DNA of 64,000 nucleotides from Magallana gigas (Eukaryota): NCBI RefSeq assembly GCF_963853765.1, contig NC_088853.1, positions 47,058,001 to 47,122,000 of the forward strand, read 5' to 3'. Shown piece by piece: positions 61,659 to 64,000 of this stretch (position 1 is its first letter; each line of letters starts with the position of its first letter). The notes under the pieces were generated by a model. It saw only the letters and a program-made list of their open reading frames with translations, ran no database searches and was not told where the DNA came from. The position numbers and the translations under genes were made by a program.

Positions 61659-63129
61659 ATTTGCTCGCGAGGAGCAATACGTTTTGACCATTACGTAATA
61701 CTTGGACATTGCTCAAAAGGAGCAATGTTATGTGAACGAATATACACAAACATAATGAAATAATTAAATGTCGTTACAAAACTATGCATATGCAGAAAGT
61801 TAGATGGTCCTTAAAAAAAAATAATGTTATGTCGAATAAAAACTGTTGACGACTTTTCATAAAAAAATATAACAATTGTTCATTTATTTTTTTTTTGTTA
61901 GGGAAATACATGTAACCTGACTTCTAAAATAAATTAACACATGAGCATGGTTATATATTTTTCTAATAGTAAAAAAATGTTTAAATCCTTTACCAGATAA
62001 TAGTTAAATACACTGTATTATTAGGCAGAGTGTGTATATTTTTATTACTTAAAAATTAGACATTGGTCAGGTGCCTGTGGATCGAATTAAGCTAGTCAAG
62101 TTAACGGTATAAGACTATTTATAGGAGTTTGCAGGTTATTTTCAGGGGTTTTGAGACATTATTTTATTCTGTTCTAAGTACACTTGCAAACAAATAAACT
62201 ATTTTCTTTAAGATACAAAAACATTCTGACATTATAAAGACTTATAATTAATATGTCCTTGGTGACCTTTAAATTCTGTCCCACGAGGGAATGAAATTCA
62301 GTTCTAGATCTATATTATGACAATTCTTGGTGTTACTGGGGTAAAATTGTCATAATGTACGGGATCTTGAAATCGCTGTTTAACCGAAGGAATCTGGACT
62401 GCTCACCGCTATGGGGAGTGGCGTCCTACCCGCTCTGGGGTGTAAATTCTTGACCCAAGCTGTGAATATAGAACAACGCAGACAAGACTTCGGTTTACCA
62501 CTAATCCAAAAGTCCTACCTCCGCCGTCCATATGCCCTAACCTACGTCACCTCAACCTTCGTACCCTTATATGTTCATCTCACAACGCGTTCACTTACTC
62601 CGACGCGCCGTGGTCAGTTTATATCGTATTTTATATTTAACATTTAGCCACTAACTCGGTTCCGTGTTTCTTATCATATATCAGCAATACAACTCCCCTA
62701 ATGATGTACACATGACCCCTAGTTCATCTCTTAAGAATTCTCTATCTACTGACCAGCGGAAAATAATCTTATGAATGAATCTGTACACGTGTTTCTAATC
62801 ATTCCACATGTACTTTAAGCAAATTTAATGTAAAATATTATTATGATATCTATATGTCCCCAAAAAATTGCCAGCCCGACTCGTCCGTCCCATTCAGAAG
62901 CAAAAGGTCATCTTCTTATAGCTTTAGTTACATCTTTAGTTAAATAGTTTTATAAATGGATACCAAGTTTTTAGTTTTAATATTAAACGATTAATTGTTA
63001 TTGATCAAATCAACAAAAGTCATAAAATAAAGCATATGACAGTATGACAGAATTAAAATTTTAAAAGTAAAACTATTAGGTATATATACAGGTACATTTT
63101 AACCAGTCCACAAAGAGCAAAATCCAGTT

Positions 63130-63330
63130 CATTTCAAAAACAGTATAAAACTCTGAACTTGGAGTCAATTTTCAACAGAGTCAATTTTCATTCTTTTTCA
63201 AGCTGTTGAAAAATGACCTCGGGTATATTAATTTCACGACTTTTGGTCTCAGGTTTCAACGTTAAAATTGACCCGGGGGTCAATATCTAACGTTGAAAAA
63301 TGACCGTCGGGTCAATTTTCAACCCGGGTA
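63130..63330. repeat. Array of GGGTCAATTTTCAAC / GTTGAAAAATGACC palindromic units
   Basis: About six alternating-orientation copies immediately upstream of CARNMT1. Confidence 0.7.
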
Positions 63331-63413
63331 TATCATGTGTATATTCTTCGTAATACCGGAACGAGGAAAAATTATAAACCAGTCGGGTTCGAAATACTAA
63401 GAAAACTGGCAGC

Positions 63414-63813
63414 ATGGCGGACGATGTGAACGACATCGGGAAGAAAGATGATGATCAAGCGGAAAGGGAGCATTTTATCAGGATTATTAACGCCTTCAAG
63501 TTCTACAGGTTATATATAGTTATTTCTCTAAGCGTAGGATTATTCGCATACCATTCTTTTGATTATTTTAGAGTCAACCCGACATAGCTGTTCACACATC
63601 TTTGTTCACAGGAGTTTCTCGATGCGGAGAGTTTACAACGCGGAGAAGTCGTTCAACAGTCTCCCACAGCAACACCAGGAACTCATTCCACGTTTCCTCG
63701 ACAATTTAAAAACTATACAAACCTGTATCACCCACAATTATGAAATAATCCGCCTTATCATTAAAGATGCAGAGTACATCTTTGAGAACAAAACTCACGA
63801 AGCCGATGACAAG
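63414..63813 (+). CDS. CARNMT1: Carnosine N-methyltransferase 1 (C9orf41/N2227-like), first two coding exons; continues beyond the window
   Basis: Exons 63414-63508 and 63612-63813: MADD...EREHFIRIINAFKFYRSFSMRRVYNAEKSFNSLPQQHQELIP.FL.NL..I..CI.HNYEII..I..D....FENK, matching the CARNMT1 N-terminus. Confidence 0.87.
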
Positions 63814-64000
63814 GTTTGAATGTTATTAAAATACATTAAATAGCACGCTGGAGGGTGCTTTGCTATTAAGTTTATGCATTGTTTTTGTTTCACTTTCTTA
63901 TTTTTGTTGTCTTGAATGGTGAGATAGGGCCTGTCCAGGATAAAATTAGATGGGATAAAATAAAAGAGCACATACATGTACAGTCTGAGTCATGTGAAAA

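Noticed and set aside
61695-61773. Hydrophobic stretch RHLIISLCLCIFVHITLLLLSNVQVL as the signal exon of the ShK gene
   Set aside because: No in-frame ATG; a TAA lies directly upstream and no usable acceptor is present.

Overview
AT-rich, intron-containing animal genomic DNA, most likely an oyster (Crassostrea/Magallana-like). This is inferred from a CvA/pearl-type HINE repeat and the exon and repeat style. There are two N gaps (6672-6871, 200 N; 15379-15550, 172 N). Genes were built by hand from GT-AG junctions with consistent reading frames: (1) the 3' end of a type I membrane protein (2584-3338, +); (2) an orphan N-terminus of a type II membrane protein (5075-, +); (3) a ~1076-aa secreted astacin metalloprotease, SP-pro-astacin-EGF-CUB-EGF-MAM-EGF-MAM-MAM (14073-33596, +); (4) an intronless NHL-like propeller protein starting MGNSKS (34738-36102, +); (5) dymeclin, 15 coding exons (41271-50719, +); (6) a minus-strand ShK-TSP1-Gly/Ala-repeat protein ending ...FLPLLLGFF-GKR-tail (58244-59443, candidate first exon 61300-61399); (7) the 5' end of CARNMT1 (63414-, +). 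Mobile DNA includes a Tx1/L1 LINE remnant, a Polinton-type polB remnant, a HINE, hAT-, MULE-, Kolobok- and mariner-type MITEs, and tRNA-containing LTR-like units. The most unusual observations are: minisatellites that amplify an exon end together with its splice donor (two clear cases, one decayed); a ~170-bp foldback whose recurring mismatches become tandem sheared G.A pairs on one strand only; the ShK-TSP1 precursor with a possible amidated hydrophobic tail; a 139-bp TGT..ACA element with a 4-bp TSD and a foldable tRNA cloverleaf; and a hidden CARD-like ORF beside the polB remnant. No database searches were run; homology calls rest on motif recognition.
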